A DNA stretch of 64,000 nucleotides from Tubiluchus corallicola. Lineage: Eukaryota > Animalia > Priapulida. A program made the translations under genes and the position numbers. The notes beneath the pieces were generated by a model. That model was given only the letters and a program-made list of their open reading frames with translations. It ran no database searches and was not told where the DNA came from. The DNA lies in contig JAQGDQ010000613.1 in the NCBI GenBank assembly GCA_030141605.1, positions 1 through 64,000 on the forward strand. Reading direction: 5' to 3'. Positions 35,071 to 49,563 of the stretch are shown here, piece by piece; within the stretch, counting starts at the first letter, position 1, and every line of letters starts with the position of its first letter.

Positions 35071-37655
35071 ATGGGCGCATGCTACTCTGCTAAAACTATT
35101 CAAAGTACCGCTTTTTTGCCCACCGAAGTTATGGCAACAAAGCAGCGAAACATTCCAAAAGCCTCAGAACTTTCTAAAGAAGAACAGCGTAAAGATCAGC
35201 GAAAGAAAGGCGTCATGAATTTTCGTCGGTTTGGTTTCGGCCGAAGTTCGATGCCTATCTTAAAGCACCGATTGCCAGACACAAATTGTAATGACACCTA
35301 TGTGTCTGCAATTGACAATGCACCAGTTACAACATGTGAAGAAATTACAGGGAGCAAAGCATTAATAACCAATGAAAATGCCAACTTAATTATTCCAACT
35401 AAAACAGTAGCTCTTCCAAAGCCTACAACTAAGCCTACGACTTTGAATTGTAGGCTACCACATTCGAAGAGAGAAAATGAGAAAAATATAGAATTATCAA
35501 AAAATATAACTAATAGCATTAATAAGAATGTGAATGATGAAATTGTTGCACCACCTAGAAAAACAAGAATACCTGGAACATCTCTGCTACGTCCGTACAA
35601 AAGTTTTGATACTAACAATATGAACAGACAGCGAACTAGCAGCTTTAATGTTTTAAAAAATGGAGCAAGTCAGAATAAAAGTCCTAATCAAGAACAGGGT
35701 AAAGAACGAACGCCGTCGACAAGTAGAGGAAAATTTGACTCTGCTAATAAAACGGAAACAACAACAACACAAAAGCGATCTTCCCGTAGCCCAGCTCCTT
35801 CTCCCCGTGGTTCCGCAACAGACCTTGCAGCTAAAGCACGCCCCTCAGCAAGAAAAAATTCCACTTCAAAGGCAGACTGCCAATCGAGAAATAATTCAAG
35901 ATCCAAGTCAGATTCTAGAGAATCATCATCTCAGTTGCATGCTAAAACCAAGAATGGTTCTAAGGAATCATTATCACAATCAAGAGATCGAGCAAAGTCA
36001 TCAAGTGGAAACGACTCAAATTCTTTGCCTCCCAAGAGTCTACGTGGAGGAAAGAAAGTTAGCATGCAAAATCATGTAGGGCAGTCGACAGATTCTTTAC
36101 CAACTGATGATGTAATGGCAGCTTCAACAACATCCATTGATTCAGGCATGATATCTTCTATTGGCCCTGAACAGATGATACAAGATTTACCATCGCACAC
36201 GAACCAAATGACATCATCCGTTGGAGAGCTGTCACGAGCGGAAAAGGCACAGTTACCAGTCACTGGAATCACATCGTCTTACCACTCGGGTCTTCGCACT
36301 GCAAATGTGGCTGCGGCAGGTAAGACAAGTATTCCTCTTCCGCGAACACACATACAGATCAAGCCAAATGAGGATGAGCACTTGAAAGAAAAGATGCAGT
36401 CAACCTCATACATGGCATTTATAATGAAAGCACGCGAGGGAAAAATGAGCTATCCTGAGGCGGTCGAACAGTTAACAAAACATCGAATGAAAAATATGGA
36501 ATTGAATAAGGGTCCAGTGCTAACAGATAGCTGTGAATCATCTTCTAACGCCTCGTCGGTAGATACAGTGGTAACTGTCCGCGAAAACAAAGAAAAACGA
36601 TGGAGCAAAACCAGTGATCTTGGGTCTTCCATTATGACAGAGTGTTCCACAACTGATGACCAAAAACGTTCAAGTATGACAAGCAGCATCGAAAGCATGC
36701 AGATATCTACAGACTCTGTAACAGATGGTGGTAGGCGGGCGCTAAATAACGGATTTAATACTGGTTTGCCGTGGGATTGCATGGGCGCCTCATCTGACAG
36801 CATTACAGAGGGCATATTGGAAGAACCCATGCCAATAGATTTGGTATCTTCAACTACAAGCAACACATTAGAAACTATTTCTGAAGCTACAAACAGTGAC
36901 GAGTTATGCATGAGTCCTGACAGTATGAAAGTTAGCGTGCTTTCTATGGATAATGATGTTACGGACTGTCGGGGTTTTACACCAGATTCTTTGGGATCTG
37001 TTAATGCGTGTGTCATCCCTTATAAAGCTGTCGAAAAAAGGTGCTTGCCGGAAACCTGCGACTTTATGGACAGTCATGATGACATTGAAGAGTGTGAGGA
37101 AAAAAATGGAGAAAGTCCATCCAAGGTTAGTCCTTCGACAAATTTCATGTTCGTCGAAAGCGATAAGGAACTGAAGAAGAGCATTCTGTTTATGGGAACC
37201 GACGGCGAGTTAGTAAAGTCACACATTGAAGAATTTGTTCCAATGAAACATACGGATCTTGATCAAGATGTTGAAAGCATGGCTGAAGTGATTGACTTAT
37301 TCAAAACTGTTAAAACAGTTTCCGTAGAAGAAGACCCCAAAGAAACTGCTGATCATGAAGTCACTGACGAAGCTACCATTGACCACATAATGAGAACCAG
37401 CGACATCGTAGTTGGGACGGACAGTCAGGACTCGTCCAGAATCGACGAGTTTTCTGCTACGTCTTCTTCAGCTGCCAGAGCGCAACATTCCTCCCCTCGA
37501 AAACATTCCTTCAGGTCCCGTATAAGAACTGAGTCAATGGGCAGTACTGTTTCTTGTGCTTCTAGTTTGGCGTCAGATGATTTGATGATCGATCACGAGT
37601 TGTCTGATGATGAGGAGCCGCCAAGATGTGGAAGATATGCTGATGTCAGTGCTCG
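35071..37655 (+). CDS. CCSER/FAM190-like serine-rich coiled-coil protein, large first coding exon
   Basis: Long Ser/Thr/Lys-rich low-complexity ORF with SxIP-like motifs (TRIP, TSIP). SCASSLASDDLMID resembles the CCSER DDLMLD motif. Donor CG|GTAAG (phase 2). Confidence 0.8.
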
Positions 37656-38181
37656 GTAAGTTGTGTTTGCATATTTTGTTCAACTACACTTGTAACATTA
37701 TTTATGCAGCATATTTTCTGGTTTTGTATATGTCCTGGATTGTGTGGCTGAGTGATTTAGATTTCGGACTGCAGGAATGCAGTCTTGAGTTCGATTCTAG
37801 CGGCTGAAAACGCAGGGCACATAACCTACATGTTATTCGTTATTTGTGTGTTGCGTCCTTACCTGTATTGTTGTAAGTGTAAGTCGCTAAATAGCCATTA
37901 GTGCTAGTGTTGACTGTAAATAAATCTTGTCTTTTGCCCTACTATTTTTCATGTTACTATTATGTAGCTAGTTTTAGAATTGAACAGCAATTAATAGATA
38001 CATATTTTGTCTAAAAAGTGTACATAAGGTGCACTAGATACTAGTGCATTCATTGGTGTATTTTCGTACAAAGTTTTCACAGTATCACTAAACTAGGTAT
38101 AATATAAAGCTTAAATATGTTTTTCACGCTGCTAGAGACTGACACAGTTTTTGACTGATTTCTTTAAACCTTTTTGCGTAG

Positions 38182-38313
38182 TGAAACAAGATCCATTGAT
38201 AAAACAGAGTCAATTGACCATGAGAGGACACTACTGGAACCTCTAGATGGAGATGGTCCATTCTTAGAAGAAATTGTCACAATAATTGAAAATTCGGCAC
38301 CCAAAGGAGAAAG
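38182..38313 (+). CDS. CCSER-like gene, coding exon 2 (ETRSIDKTES...APKGE)
   Basis: TTTTGCGTAG| acceptor and AG|GTAAGT donor, 132 nt, phase 2/2, open in frame. Confidence 0.85.
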
Positions 38314-38353
38314 GTAAGTTTTGCTATTGTAATGAATGCCGTAGCATTGTATG

Positions 38354-38760
38354 GTAGTAGTAGTAGTAGTAGTTCACTGGTTTTTGGCCAATAGGGCCGA
38401 TCAAACAACAACCACCATACAACAAAATTTTACATGTACAAATGCAAACAAACTTAGCTACAGCATATTGAACAGTGATGTGAGATTGCATCGTACAAAT
38501 TAGTTTGTCATCTATATTTAAAAAGTAAAGGTCAGAATAGAACGTGTGATAGTATTTACAAAGAAGTTGTGGGTAATGTTATGTTTAGAAGGAAATAGAA
38601 GAAAATGACATTCGTCGCCGACTTCGTTACACTTGGCACATAGATGCTCCTCTCGATGCATAGGAGGTCTTATATACCATCCAGTTTCAATAGGCAGTGA
38701 GTGAGAGCTTGTTCTAAGCTTAGTCAATGCTTTTCGATCTTTAACATTATAGGTAGCATA
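38354..38760 (-). mobile_element. L2/CR1-group-like LINE 3' fragment
   Basis: ALTKLRTSSHSLPIETGWY..LCAKCNEVGDECHFLL followed by a (CTA)n tail at 38354-38373. Confidence 0.8.
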
Positions 38761-40369
38761 TTATCAAGCAAGTATATAATTACACCTGTAATATGTACAA
38801 GATATCTTTATAACAGGTGTCACCTGTGGAGCCTACATGGCGACTAACTAACTACTTTGGTGCGGGAGAGGCTGACTTATGTGTGTGTGTGTGTGTGCGT
38901 GCATACGTGTGTGCCCTCCGGTTATGATTCAATATTAGTGACACTATTAGTAATACAGTAAATGCAAAACTCATAGATTTAAGACTTGCCTAGATGGTAA
39001 CAGTTGCTATTCTGAATTTTGCTATTCCTGAATGCCCTTGTAGCATTGGAGATATTACTGTAGAATCATTTTGCAACAAGTGAAAATTTAAACCTTTGCT
39101 AAATTTGTGATCATAATTTTATATTCAGCAAATAGCAGTCGTTTCTACATCTTTTGGATTTTTACCACTTGCGGCTTAACATCGGATCGGTATTAGCTCT
39201 ATAATTATGAACTTATGGCCTACTTGTGGCATCTGTCAGTGTTGTCATGCTGTGCTTTGCTTGATAATCCTAGTAATAATCCTGTAATTAATCCACTTGC
39301 ACTGAGACTAGTTACACCTGAACGCCTAGATGTTCACAAAGTTCAGACAGAACCTGTCAAAATTTTCATTGAAATCTGTTCTTAATTGCATAACCTGGAA
39401 AATAGCTGTGGGCAAACCCAAAATACTTGAACAAATTAAAACTAAATTTTTATCCATTTCTACACTCACCTGTGGTTTCAAAGAGATTTCTGTAAATGTT
39501 ATTTTCTTTGCTATTGTGTACATGTGTATGTATGGGAATTTATGTACATGTGTATGAAAGGAAAGCTTTTAAATTCCTATGCGAACAATGTGTCTAAATT
39601 GCAAAAGGAATACTTTATTGTGCGCCTAATAGGCATAATGCTTTATATAAATTAGTACCATTGAATCAGCCGGTTTTTGTGTACCTTTGAAAGGACTATG
39701 ATAACAATAATTGTAATAATATAATAATAATATTAATAATATAAATTAGTGTCATTGAATCAGCCGTTTTTTGTGTCTTTTTGATAAAACTATGATAATA
39801 ATAATAATAGTAATAATATTATTATCATTGAGAAAATGACTATGAGAAAATTGTCCTAACAGTTTTTTTTAGAGAGTTGCCCAATATTTTTAATGAAGAC
39901 CTATTTTTGCAAATGAGGTGCGGTTTTTCTTGTTGAACTGAAAAAAGAACATCTTAAGAACCGAAGTAGACGTGTCGGTTCAAGGAGTTTGCAGTGTTGG
40001 TAAACAATATTAAGTAACTGTTGCTTTTCATTCCATGTGCTGCTACGCCAGACTCCTCAGGGCATAAACAGCAAATAAGGCTCAAGTATTTTTATGCACC
40101 AATGGAATTTGTTTACTGTCACTCTCAAGTTAACAGGATATTTTAGATGGGTGTGTACGTGATTACCCAGAGTATAAGAGACATATCACAGTCCTGTGTG
40201 TCTTTTGACTTTTGCGATTAAGTGACCTTAAAATTGAAGGTTATTTTACTTTCACGATTTCGCTGATTCGACTTGGTGGCTGCAGAAGTTTGCGCAACAT
40301 CCGGTCTCTCATTATCCTTCGCATCTTCCCACCCCGCTATCGACATGCTGACGCAGCGCACGGCTCAGC

Positions 40370-40382
40370 GTTGCCTAGTAAC
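40370..40382. promoter_or_regulatory. RFX X-box-like motif in a GC-richer intronic patch
   Basis: GTTGCCTAGTAAC matches GTNRCC-N-RGYAAC. Confidence 0.35.
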
Positions 40383-41127
40383 GGGAGAAGTGTATGAATT
40401 TCGAAGCCATGTAGAGATGCATCGGTGAAGCCACTAATTTCAACAGAGTGGATGACGAATCAATAGCCCGTTGGTAATCAATATCTTCCTCCACCAGCGC
40501 GCGATGTTAGTATTGATCAGTGATATGAGTTTTAAGTAAAGAGTTAAACACTGCTGTATCTCAATGTGGGCGAGTTTTGACAAATATATTGGGCAACATC
40601 CGTAAAATTTTGGCTATATTTATGCTCTGGAAATGTTATCATGACTTTATCGTCGCCATAACATCTGTCATTCATGTATTCCTCGTCAACATGCTGAATT
40701 TCTACCTTTTTGTACTTTGCCCTCATTCTAGAAAGAAAGTGTGAGAGTGAGTGTGTGAGTGAGAGAGTTCTTTTAATGCATTTCTGTTTTTGTTTCTTAA
40801 ATTTCAAATTTACCATTAATCTGGGCAGCACCTCACAAGATTTTATCTGGTACTGTCGTGAGGCATGCTAGTAGCCTCGTTAAAAATTATATATTAATGT
40901 TTTCTGCGTCTAAATTTGTGTTAATTTAATGTTTTCTGTGCAAATTATCATTGTAAGCTTGTATGCTGGCAAATCTAGCAATAAATTCAAAATTTATGTT
41001 AAAAAAGCCACTTATGGCGCTTTGAGATAACTCTGGGTACTGGACACGTTCTTTATTAGTTTGAAGGGTTTTTTTAGGTTTTTTTAATTTCCGGCATCTT
41101 CATTGCTATCTAATGTTTGAAGAAATG

Positions 41128-41700
41128 TATAGTTATAGTTATAGGTAATTTATTAAACTGCCTCCTTTCATTTTCACAACAATTAAAATCGGATAGGAAT
41201 TTACATTGTTACAGTAAAATGAAAGCCACTGTATGGACAGAATTATGAGACACATTAAAAACAGTCATTTACTTATTACTTAAAAACAATCTTTAAGCAA
41301 ACAATAAAACAAGTCATTAATTAAAGAATTTCTTCTGTCCAAAATTAAATGGCAGGTTTTGGTGCATTCCTTTAGACAAATATTACCTGACAGCATTTGA
41401 CTTAATTTACCATTATGGTTGAACTGGTTAAATGATTGATTTTTGAGCTTTGGCACTGGTATAGAAATGTACGAATATCATCATAAAGGGGACATGTTCT
41501 TCAGACTCGACCGTTAGCTGATCACAAAAGTGACACAACATTTGATCTTCTGGAATATTAGTGTACATGCAAGTGATATATAGTGATATAGGTAAACTTA
41601 CAATTAACATTTGTACTGCACTAATCTTCCCATTCTACTCTATTGACATTCTTACATAGCAGCTACTTTTTGTTAACTAAAATATGTAGAATATTAGTTC
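41128..41700 (-). mobile_element. Degenerate L2/CR1-group-like LINE 3' fragment
   Basis: IPEDQMLCHFCDQLTVESEEHV zinc-knuckle-like peptide, with AATAAA and a (CTATAA)n tail on the minus strand. Confidence 0.6.
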
Positions 41701-41814
41701 AGTGTCTTACAAGTTACGTTGAATCTCAATCGCTTGAAAGAATTCATTGATCTTACTTGTAACATGAATTTGCTATTAAAAAATGAAAAGTGTACACAAT
41801 CAAAAATCACAATC

Positions 41815-42299
41815 GACAAACGCAAGTTCGTGTTCGCACCGCTAGTTCTTTGCTGTTACATGCATTCTGCCTTTCGCTAGTTAGACGGTCACTAGCGCCT
41901 GTATTTCTGAAATGCATTGCACAAAGACAGCTGCAGTACCTGTCAGTTCAGATGTGTTAGTTTGTGACGAACTACACACGTTCGGCAGCTCATGTGTGAG
42001 CACAGCGGTAAATTTGAATTTGAGCTTTTATCATAAAACCGGCCTAGTTTTAGTACAACAAACTGAATATCTTACAGTAGCACTGTACTTCAATTTTCGC
42101 TTGTGTAATACTTTTGCTGCTGAAAATTATTAGTTTGTGATGTCATCAATAGTTGGGCTCGCCGGCGTTAATTAAGATTTTAATCTATTATTTAATTATC
42201 AGAAACGCTTTTGCAGTACTAATTGTGATAACCATTTTATACCTTTTATCGGACTTGAAAATGGGTTATATATAAAAAAATCATTCTATCTTACTTTAA
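41815..42299 (+). mobile_element. Partial copy of the Kolobok-type element seen at 50582-51175
   Basis: Shared CAGTTCAGATGTGTTAGTTTGTGA, TAGCACTGTAC, GGGCTCGCC..GTTAATTAAGATTTT and ACTTGAAAATGGG. Ends CT|TTAA. Confidence 0.7.
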
Positions 42300-44325
42300 G
42301 TAATCGAGTCGACCAATCTCCTACAACCTGCATATAATGCCGATGGACTAGGTTGATTCCTACTTAATGTTTTACTTTGTGCCTGAAGCACTCTTTTTTC
42401 GCGATCTTGTTATTTTCATGGAAATGGCGCTACGCATTTACAATTCGGGAACGAATTCCGTGTCCAGTGACTCACGCTGTCTTGGTCCGTTTCGTCGACC
42501 GTCCGAAAATAGGACACTCTGTTACTGGCAGTTGTTGTAACTTTTTTTGTAATTGGGGGTTTTCTCTGTGGTAAATTGAGGAAGAGATTCCTGCAACAGC
42601 CGGACTGTGGTTTGGTAAATTGACTGTGACTGCCCTCAAATCGAGTCTGTTTACAAAACTATCATGATTGCTGAATGATAAGTAATTTTCCCGAGAAGTT
42701 TTACTAGTTTTGTGTGAGATTGTCACTCAGTAAGAAAACTAAAATTGCATAGTATTAGTAGATGATTACATTGATAGACAAAGAAATTCCAAGGCCTATA
42801 GATGTTTGGATTTTGTTTGTCTACAAAACCGCTGCTCGTTACTTTTGATTTTGCGGTGTAAGCGTTCATTTTTATGTATTTTTTTCCAGTATTGTAAACG
42901 CTCGTGCGTAATAAAATATTGACAAATGAAATGCAAGCGTAGCTTTTTATACACATAATCATTGCACTTCATAAGTTGCTGTGTACAGTTTGTTAATTTT
43001 TACTAAGTAGCAGGTCTTGGTATAACGTGTCTTTCCTGCCTTAGATTATCACAGAATGACATGGATCTATTTGATTTAATCTTAGGCCATAATACTCACA
43101 TACTCCATGCATGTCCAAATCATATTAATCAATTAACTTTCGCAAATTATTTTCTCTACCCGTATTTCTGAGTGCGTAAACTTGAACTTTGTGCTAGTAT
43201 TTGGTGGCCTGCTTAGATTTGACTGCAACATGACTTAGTTGTCGTATTATGTCATAGAGGGAGTCGTCATCGTTACGCCTTATGTCACAGTGTTGTATTG
43301 TGTTGTATCCGTGGTGTGGCTATCTGCAGTCAGAGGTCACTAATTTAGAACATTGAAGTCCAGTTATTATTGAACTTCCCTGACAAATACCGACTGTTAC
43401 TGATTATTCGACTGACTTTTAGAGTAGTGTTCTGTGACAGCTCAGTTTTGGTGAGTCATCGGGTCGTAATTGGACTCATAAACAGGAGCAGCGAATGAGA
43501 ACGCTCATCGCTTCCTTTCCATTGATAAGATCTCTGGGTTAATTGCCAATTAGCTATAACAGAAATACATTATGCAGAGTCTTGCTCAGTTTCTTTTTAC
43601 TGGAATTTTGATACATATCAGCAGTAACAGTAGTTCAAATAACGTCATTGGATTTTATACGTGCACAGAACTCATTTCCCATTATACGATGAGTTGGCGG
43701 ATCAATTTATTCTGTTTCCCAACTAACAGCTTGCTGTATAGCAGTTGTTTGAGAAGCCATACGAGACTGCTGGATCGATACTAAATGGCTGCTTTTGTAG
43801 GGCTTCGTCTGTCTAGCATGGAGGCGTGCCATTGCTTTCACAAATGGTTCCTTTAGAGACTGTGTTCGCTTCAGACGTTCAGTTTGAAAACATTCACCTT
43901 CTCTGACAGTACTCAAATTGCCTAGCTGACATTGTATAGGATTGCATGCGTCATTGTCTCACAAAGACTGTGTCGTGCACTTCTATTCATTTCTCACGTT
44001 ACATTTCCAAATTTTCTCTCATTTTACCTCCACATTATCTTACAAGTTCAATATGTTCTATTCTTCCTTCTCGTATCCCACATGTCCGGCTGACTGCGTT
44101 GATCAAATTGTCTCACATATTAAAACTCCAGATTGTCTCGTTCTATAATTCTAGTTTTTCTGTTACTTGCAGGCCCACCTCTCGATTGTCTCCCCACATT
44201 GTTTCACTGCCGCATCCAATGAGTCATCCATTGATTATTACGTCAATTGTGTTTTAAATTTTCTCACGTGTTATCTTCATTTTATATCACACGCTGTATT
44301 TATAGTTGCTCCACACTCGTCCCTG

Positions 44326-44328
<3 letters not shown>

Positions 44329-44393
<65 letters not shown>

Positions 44394-44495
44394 CTCGCTC
44401 TCGCTCTCTTTCAATATTTGTCTATCTGTCTGTCTATCTATCTACCTACCTATCTATCTACCTTACCCACCTACCTATCTATCTATCTATCTATC
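44329..44495. repeat. (CT)n followed by (TCTA)n microsatellite
   Basis: Directly visible. Confidence 0.95.
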
Positions 44496-46194
44496 CACAC
44501 ATCCCTAATGTTTCTCTCTCTGTGGGTTGTCTCACTTTTACATTTGCATTGGAGATTTAACGTGTTCCATTCTCTTCCTTACATTGTCTCACATTGTATT
44601 GTGTCATCAAATTTTCTTTTACATCCTGGTTATCTTGCACGCTGTAAAGTGTCAGACCTTCATCTGCTTTGGTCAGTTTTTAAGTCTTTTTAAATTTGCT
44701 GTTTTAAAAGTAAAGAGTGAATGGAGCAAATCATTTCTCCTTCTCTACATCTAGACCCTGTCTTCGAACTTGTCACATGTTTCATTCTCTACTTTGCGTA
44801 ACAAAACCGACCATTTTCCAGTTTTAGTACGATTTTCCAAATTACAATGACCATTGCCCAGAGCTGAATAGTTTAATGTTGACATCGTGACTGTGCTTTT
44901 CCAGTTTTAAAACAAATTTGTAGTGCTACCAGCCTAATAGTTGTCTTGACAACTGCAGAAGCATTTAAAAATCCTCTGGCATTGCGTTGTCGTGACTTTA
45001 CGCCCATGGCAGTACATGCCTAATTCAAAAGAAAGCGAAACTTTTTCAAAAATTCCTGGCCGTAAACAGACCATGTGTGTAAACGCCATGTTTTAAGCAT
45101 ATTGCAAAAATAGTAAAATTTTAGATTTTCAAATACAAAGTGGTTTAGCGAAATCTATTGTTGCGTTTGGGATTTGAAAACGGGCAAAAACATCAAAGAT
45201 TTTACACTTTGCCATTATTACTTCACTCTGATGATTAATTACTTCACTAACCAATGTCTGAAATTAAGTTTGTTTTCGAGGCTTTACTTTACGAAAAATC
45301 TTAGTATATGAAAAATCATTCCGGCTTCCTTTAACACCAGTAGAGCATCGGGATATATTGCACACCTCACAAATAGAAAAACTGTGTTCCACGGTTACAT
45401 GTTAAAGAATTTGTCCAAACTGCAAATCCAGAAACCGTACTGCGAACTGACGATATAAGATTTACGCATTTACAAATTCACACAAGTTTGTAATTTAAAT
45501 TGAGCAAAATCTAAAAAGTTATACTAATCTAGCTCCTTATTCATTTTTTTAATATTTTATTTGTTTCCTAGTTCAAAAATGGCATTTTTAATTGACCTAC
45601 ATGCTGGTTATAATTTCATACTAATTCATTCAAGAAATTCGGCTCATGATCTATCGACATGCCAACAACAATAGGCATAGTGAGCTCTACGTTTTGTGTA
45701 TTTTTGTCTTATTTTGCTGAAAGCCAAAGTAAACTTAGCGGCACTTGTGGTGTTTGATTTTCCAAAACTCTTCAGACTGCTCTTTACGCTCTTGAACTGT
45801 GCAATCGAGTGATTTTTCTTTGCTCTTCACAAAGCACTGTTTACCTACGTTCTCTTGTGAAACCATGGCAAGGGTCCCTACAAAAAACGACTGTATTCTG
45901 TAAACCCAAAAGTTCATTTTTTCTTGGATGGCATTTCATACTCAGCGTAGGTAATATTTTTTGTTACAAAGGGGAAAATTGATTGAGAGGCCAACTCAGA
46001 TCGACCTCTTAGCTATACGTGTATTGAAGAAAAGCTGTAGCGTATAGGAAGTACAGGCGTGTTGGTAGTTCCCTTATTCAAGTTATACATAATAATGTAA
46101 TTATCGTTTTTGTAGCCACTTAGGCCAGTGTTTGCAATGGAAGTCATTCAACCTGGGCAACGTGAAGTAAAATTTTCACTTGTTCTGCATGCTG

Positions 46195-46221
46195 TCTCTC
46201 CCTCTCCCCTCCCTTCTGTTT

Positions 46222-46315
<94 letters not shown>

Positions 46316-46360
46316 GTCTGCCTCTCTTCCTCCCTCCCCCCTCTCTTTCCCGTCTACCTG

Positions 46361-46407
<47 letters not shown>

Positions 46408-46445
46408 TCCTCTCCCCCTCCACCTCCCCCTCCCTCTCTCTCTCT
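46195..46445. repeat. (CT)n / polypyrimidine microsatellite
   Basis: Directly visible. Confidence 0.95.
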
Positions 46446-49244
46446 ATATACATCTATCTGTATATCAATTTACTATCTCTTATTTTTTATCTTTTTCCAT
46501 GAAGGTATCAGTAGCGATACAAGATGCACCCTGATATTTGAAATATGTAGTATCCATGAAAATAGCCTATCATAACCTAGAATGGATTTTTGTAACTTCT
46601 GTGTATTTAGTGTAGTTATTGTTTGTTCTGTATCCGATATGAAGATTGTACTCGCAATAAAGTGTTAAATCGATCAAAATATCTCTCACTCTCTCATTCT
46701 CTCAGACTAAAATTTTATCATACTGTTTACAACCGTTCACTTATTTACTGTATTTACTAACATCCTTGTGTAACTGTTTGCAATATCCAAGCAAATATTG
46801 GCTTGACACAGTATGACTTATGAAGTTACAGATTCACAGTCTATTTAACCACAGACGTGTATGTACAAATAATGCCAGGAATGCATTGAATCTAATTTAT
46901 CACGTCTTACAACATGTTGTGGTATCAACAGTATAACTTATTTTATTTCGATTGATTATACATCTCAATTCAGTGCTCGGTGGCATGTATGACTCAGGGC
47001 AATAATTATAATGCAGTAACATCACGTGATTCATTAACATATTTGCAGACAATCGCCTTAATTCATCTCACTCACACAATGTCGCCTTGTATTCACACAA
47101 ACATGATAGCAAAAGTGAAAAAAATATGTAATTATCCTTCTACATACAGTAAGTTTTATGACAAGTTTGCATCTGGAAATTAAACGCATTTGAGCCTTAG
47201 GCAACATACTAGTGATAGTGAATTTAATATGTAGTAGTGCCAATGTTAGCCAGTCTCGTTTCCTCAAAATGTCCCTTTACTGTTTGATCTAAATGGAAAA
47301 TTGTGGTTGGTTTTGGATCCTACGCAAGCTTAAGTTACACAATGCTAAAACAGTTAATTTTGTTGCAGTGAGTGAGTGAGAAAATATTTGTTAAAGTGAC
47401 ACGTTTACATCCATCATACATTACATTTACAATCAGTAGTTTAATAATTGCAGGATGCCTTTGGGTCCTTACAATTATAAAAAAAAATCTTCAGAACGTT
47501 TCGACTAGGGAGTTCTCCAGTTCTGAAATTCTTTTGAAATATATAATCAGTATCTACATAAGTTGTAAAAACCCTTTTATCAATGGAATAAAGTACAATT
47601 TGGAAGATGTTAAAGAATTTTATATAACATTATTATATTTGATATCAATGTAAACAAACTAAAGTGGCATTTACAATGTTTACTTCTTTGCAAATTTATT
47701 ACCTACACACTACATGTTATTTTGAAAGCCCATTTTGTTGTGATAGTTACTTATGGCTTTGACGTAAAATATTTCCTGTTTATGCACCTTTAACTGCAGT
47801 AACATTGCCCTAATCCTGCGAGTTTTGATCCTTCTCGAGCTACAATATTTTACATAAACAAAATAAATATCTTGCGATGAAATTGTTTTTATTTTTTTTT
47901 AAGTTTTAGCTAATTTTTAATCGTGCCCATATTTAGAATGTTTATGATTTGTTAAAATAATTACCGTTAATTGTTAAATCTAAAATGTTGACTGTATCTT
48001 CGTTGCCATACGATGATTTTTCATTTCCGGAAACGCCAAAATTGAATTTGAAGCTTTTACAACAGACTATTGATTTCGTTCTACTCCCTGTTCTTAAGGA
48101 TTTTATTCTGAATGAGAAGTTCATTGGATGCACGTCAGATGGCAGCAGGTCATAAGAGACTCGTGGAATTGCGCGCTTCTCAGTGAGTCTCAGTCGAGTT
48201 TCATGCGTAATATTCTAGCCTGCCTATTGATGGCGCCTCAGCTCAACTGTGTCCTAATTTTCTTCTAGTTTGCTTGTGCGATTTTTTTTAACTTAGACTA
48301 TAAACTACTTAGTAAAATAAGTTTGTACTTTAACAAGACCTATATTGATGCGTATTTTGCTGTTTTTTCACACATGGTTTTCCTTATTTAGGCGCATCTA
48401 AAGAAATCTAAGGTATTACAAATGTGAGCGTTCTAGTTTCTCTGTTGGCATTATGCTAGCCTGTCTAGATTTCGTAAAATATGTACCCTGACTTTGTTTT
48501 CTGACATTTTACACGATAATTAAAATTAGATTATTTAATCGTTTCTGTTTACTGCAAGGCGAGTAAATAAATAAATTAAAATAACGACAACGCAGTACTA
48601 AAGTGATTTATCACGCGTTTTCAAGATTTTTCTTTTGAAATTTTTACTCCTGCTGTGTCAGATAAAGACTATTTCACACTTCATAATGAAAGTAAGTATG
48701 TGACTCAAGGTTTGTTAAATAGAGCACATAAACTGCTATCATTACACTAACAGATCTTCCAAAAGCTGTTACAGTCCTAAAATAAACCACTTTTCTTATG
48801 TAGGACGCAGCAGACGTATTCCCACTGAGAACAATTTAGACTCAAAGCTACACGCAATCAGATTTTATTGCTGATCTGTGTTATTCGCTGTGGCCTTGGA
48901 AATCTCGTTACGGAGCTAGAACTACCACTTTTTATCCCATCTGTCATTTTTTGTCAGTAAATTGAATTTAAATTGTGTGTCTCATTGTTGCCAAAACTTA
49001 ATTTTTGCTATTATCAATTGTGGATGGGTAATTGCTTCTGGAAAAATTTTCTATATTATTTTTCCACTGATTGAGTTTATTAAAATCATTTTGTAAAAAA
49101 GTAAAATCGTTTTGGTTGAGAAAATTTATGAGAGGCGCTATGAGAAGTAACAAACGTAAATTTGTGGCTGTTCTTCATTGAGCGCAATTCTGTTATATAG
49201 ACTGCATGTGGGTCATCTGCAGGGTCATGTACGTCATACGTTTG

Positions 49245-49563
49245 TGTCGCGTTTGAGTCTGGGCATGCGTGTGGGTCATATTGGGTCTGTGCATGCGTGT
49301 GAGTCATATTGGGTCTGGGCATGCGTGTAGGTCATATTGGATCTGGGCATGCGCGTGGGTCATATTGGGTCTGGGCATGCATGTGGGTCATATTGGGTCT
49401 GTGCATGCGTGTGGGTCATATTGGGTCTGTGCATGCGTGTGGGTCATATTGGGCCTGGGCATGCGTGTGGGTCATATTGGGTCTGGGCATGCGTATGAAC
49501 CATATTGGGTCTGGGCATACTTTTGGGTCACGTTGGGTTTGGGCATGCTTTTGGGTCACGTTT
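49245..49563. repeat. 28-bp minisatellite, ~11 copies
   Basis: Unit GGGTCATATTGGGTCTGGGCATGCGTGT at 49273, 49301, 49329 and onward. Confidence 0.95.

Noticed and set aside
44167-46575. Poly-LS and poly-ER ORFs
   Set aside because: They are translations of (CT)n microsatellites.
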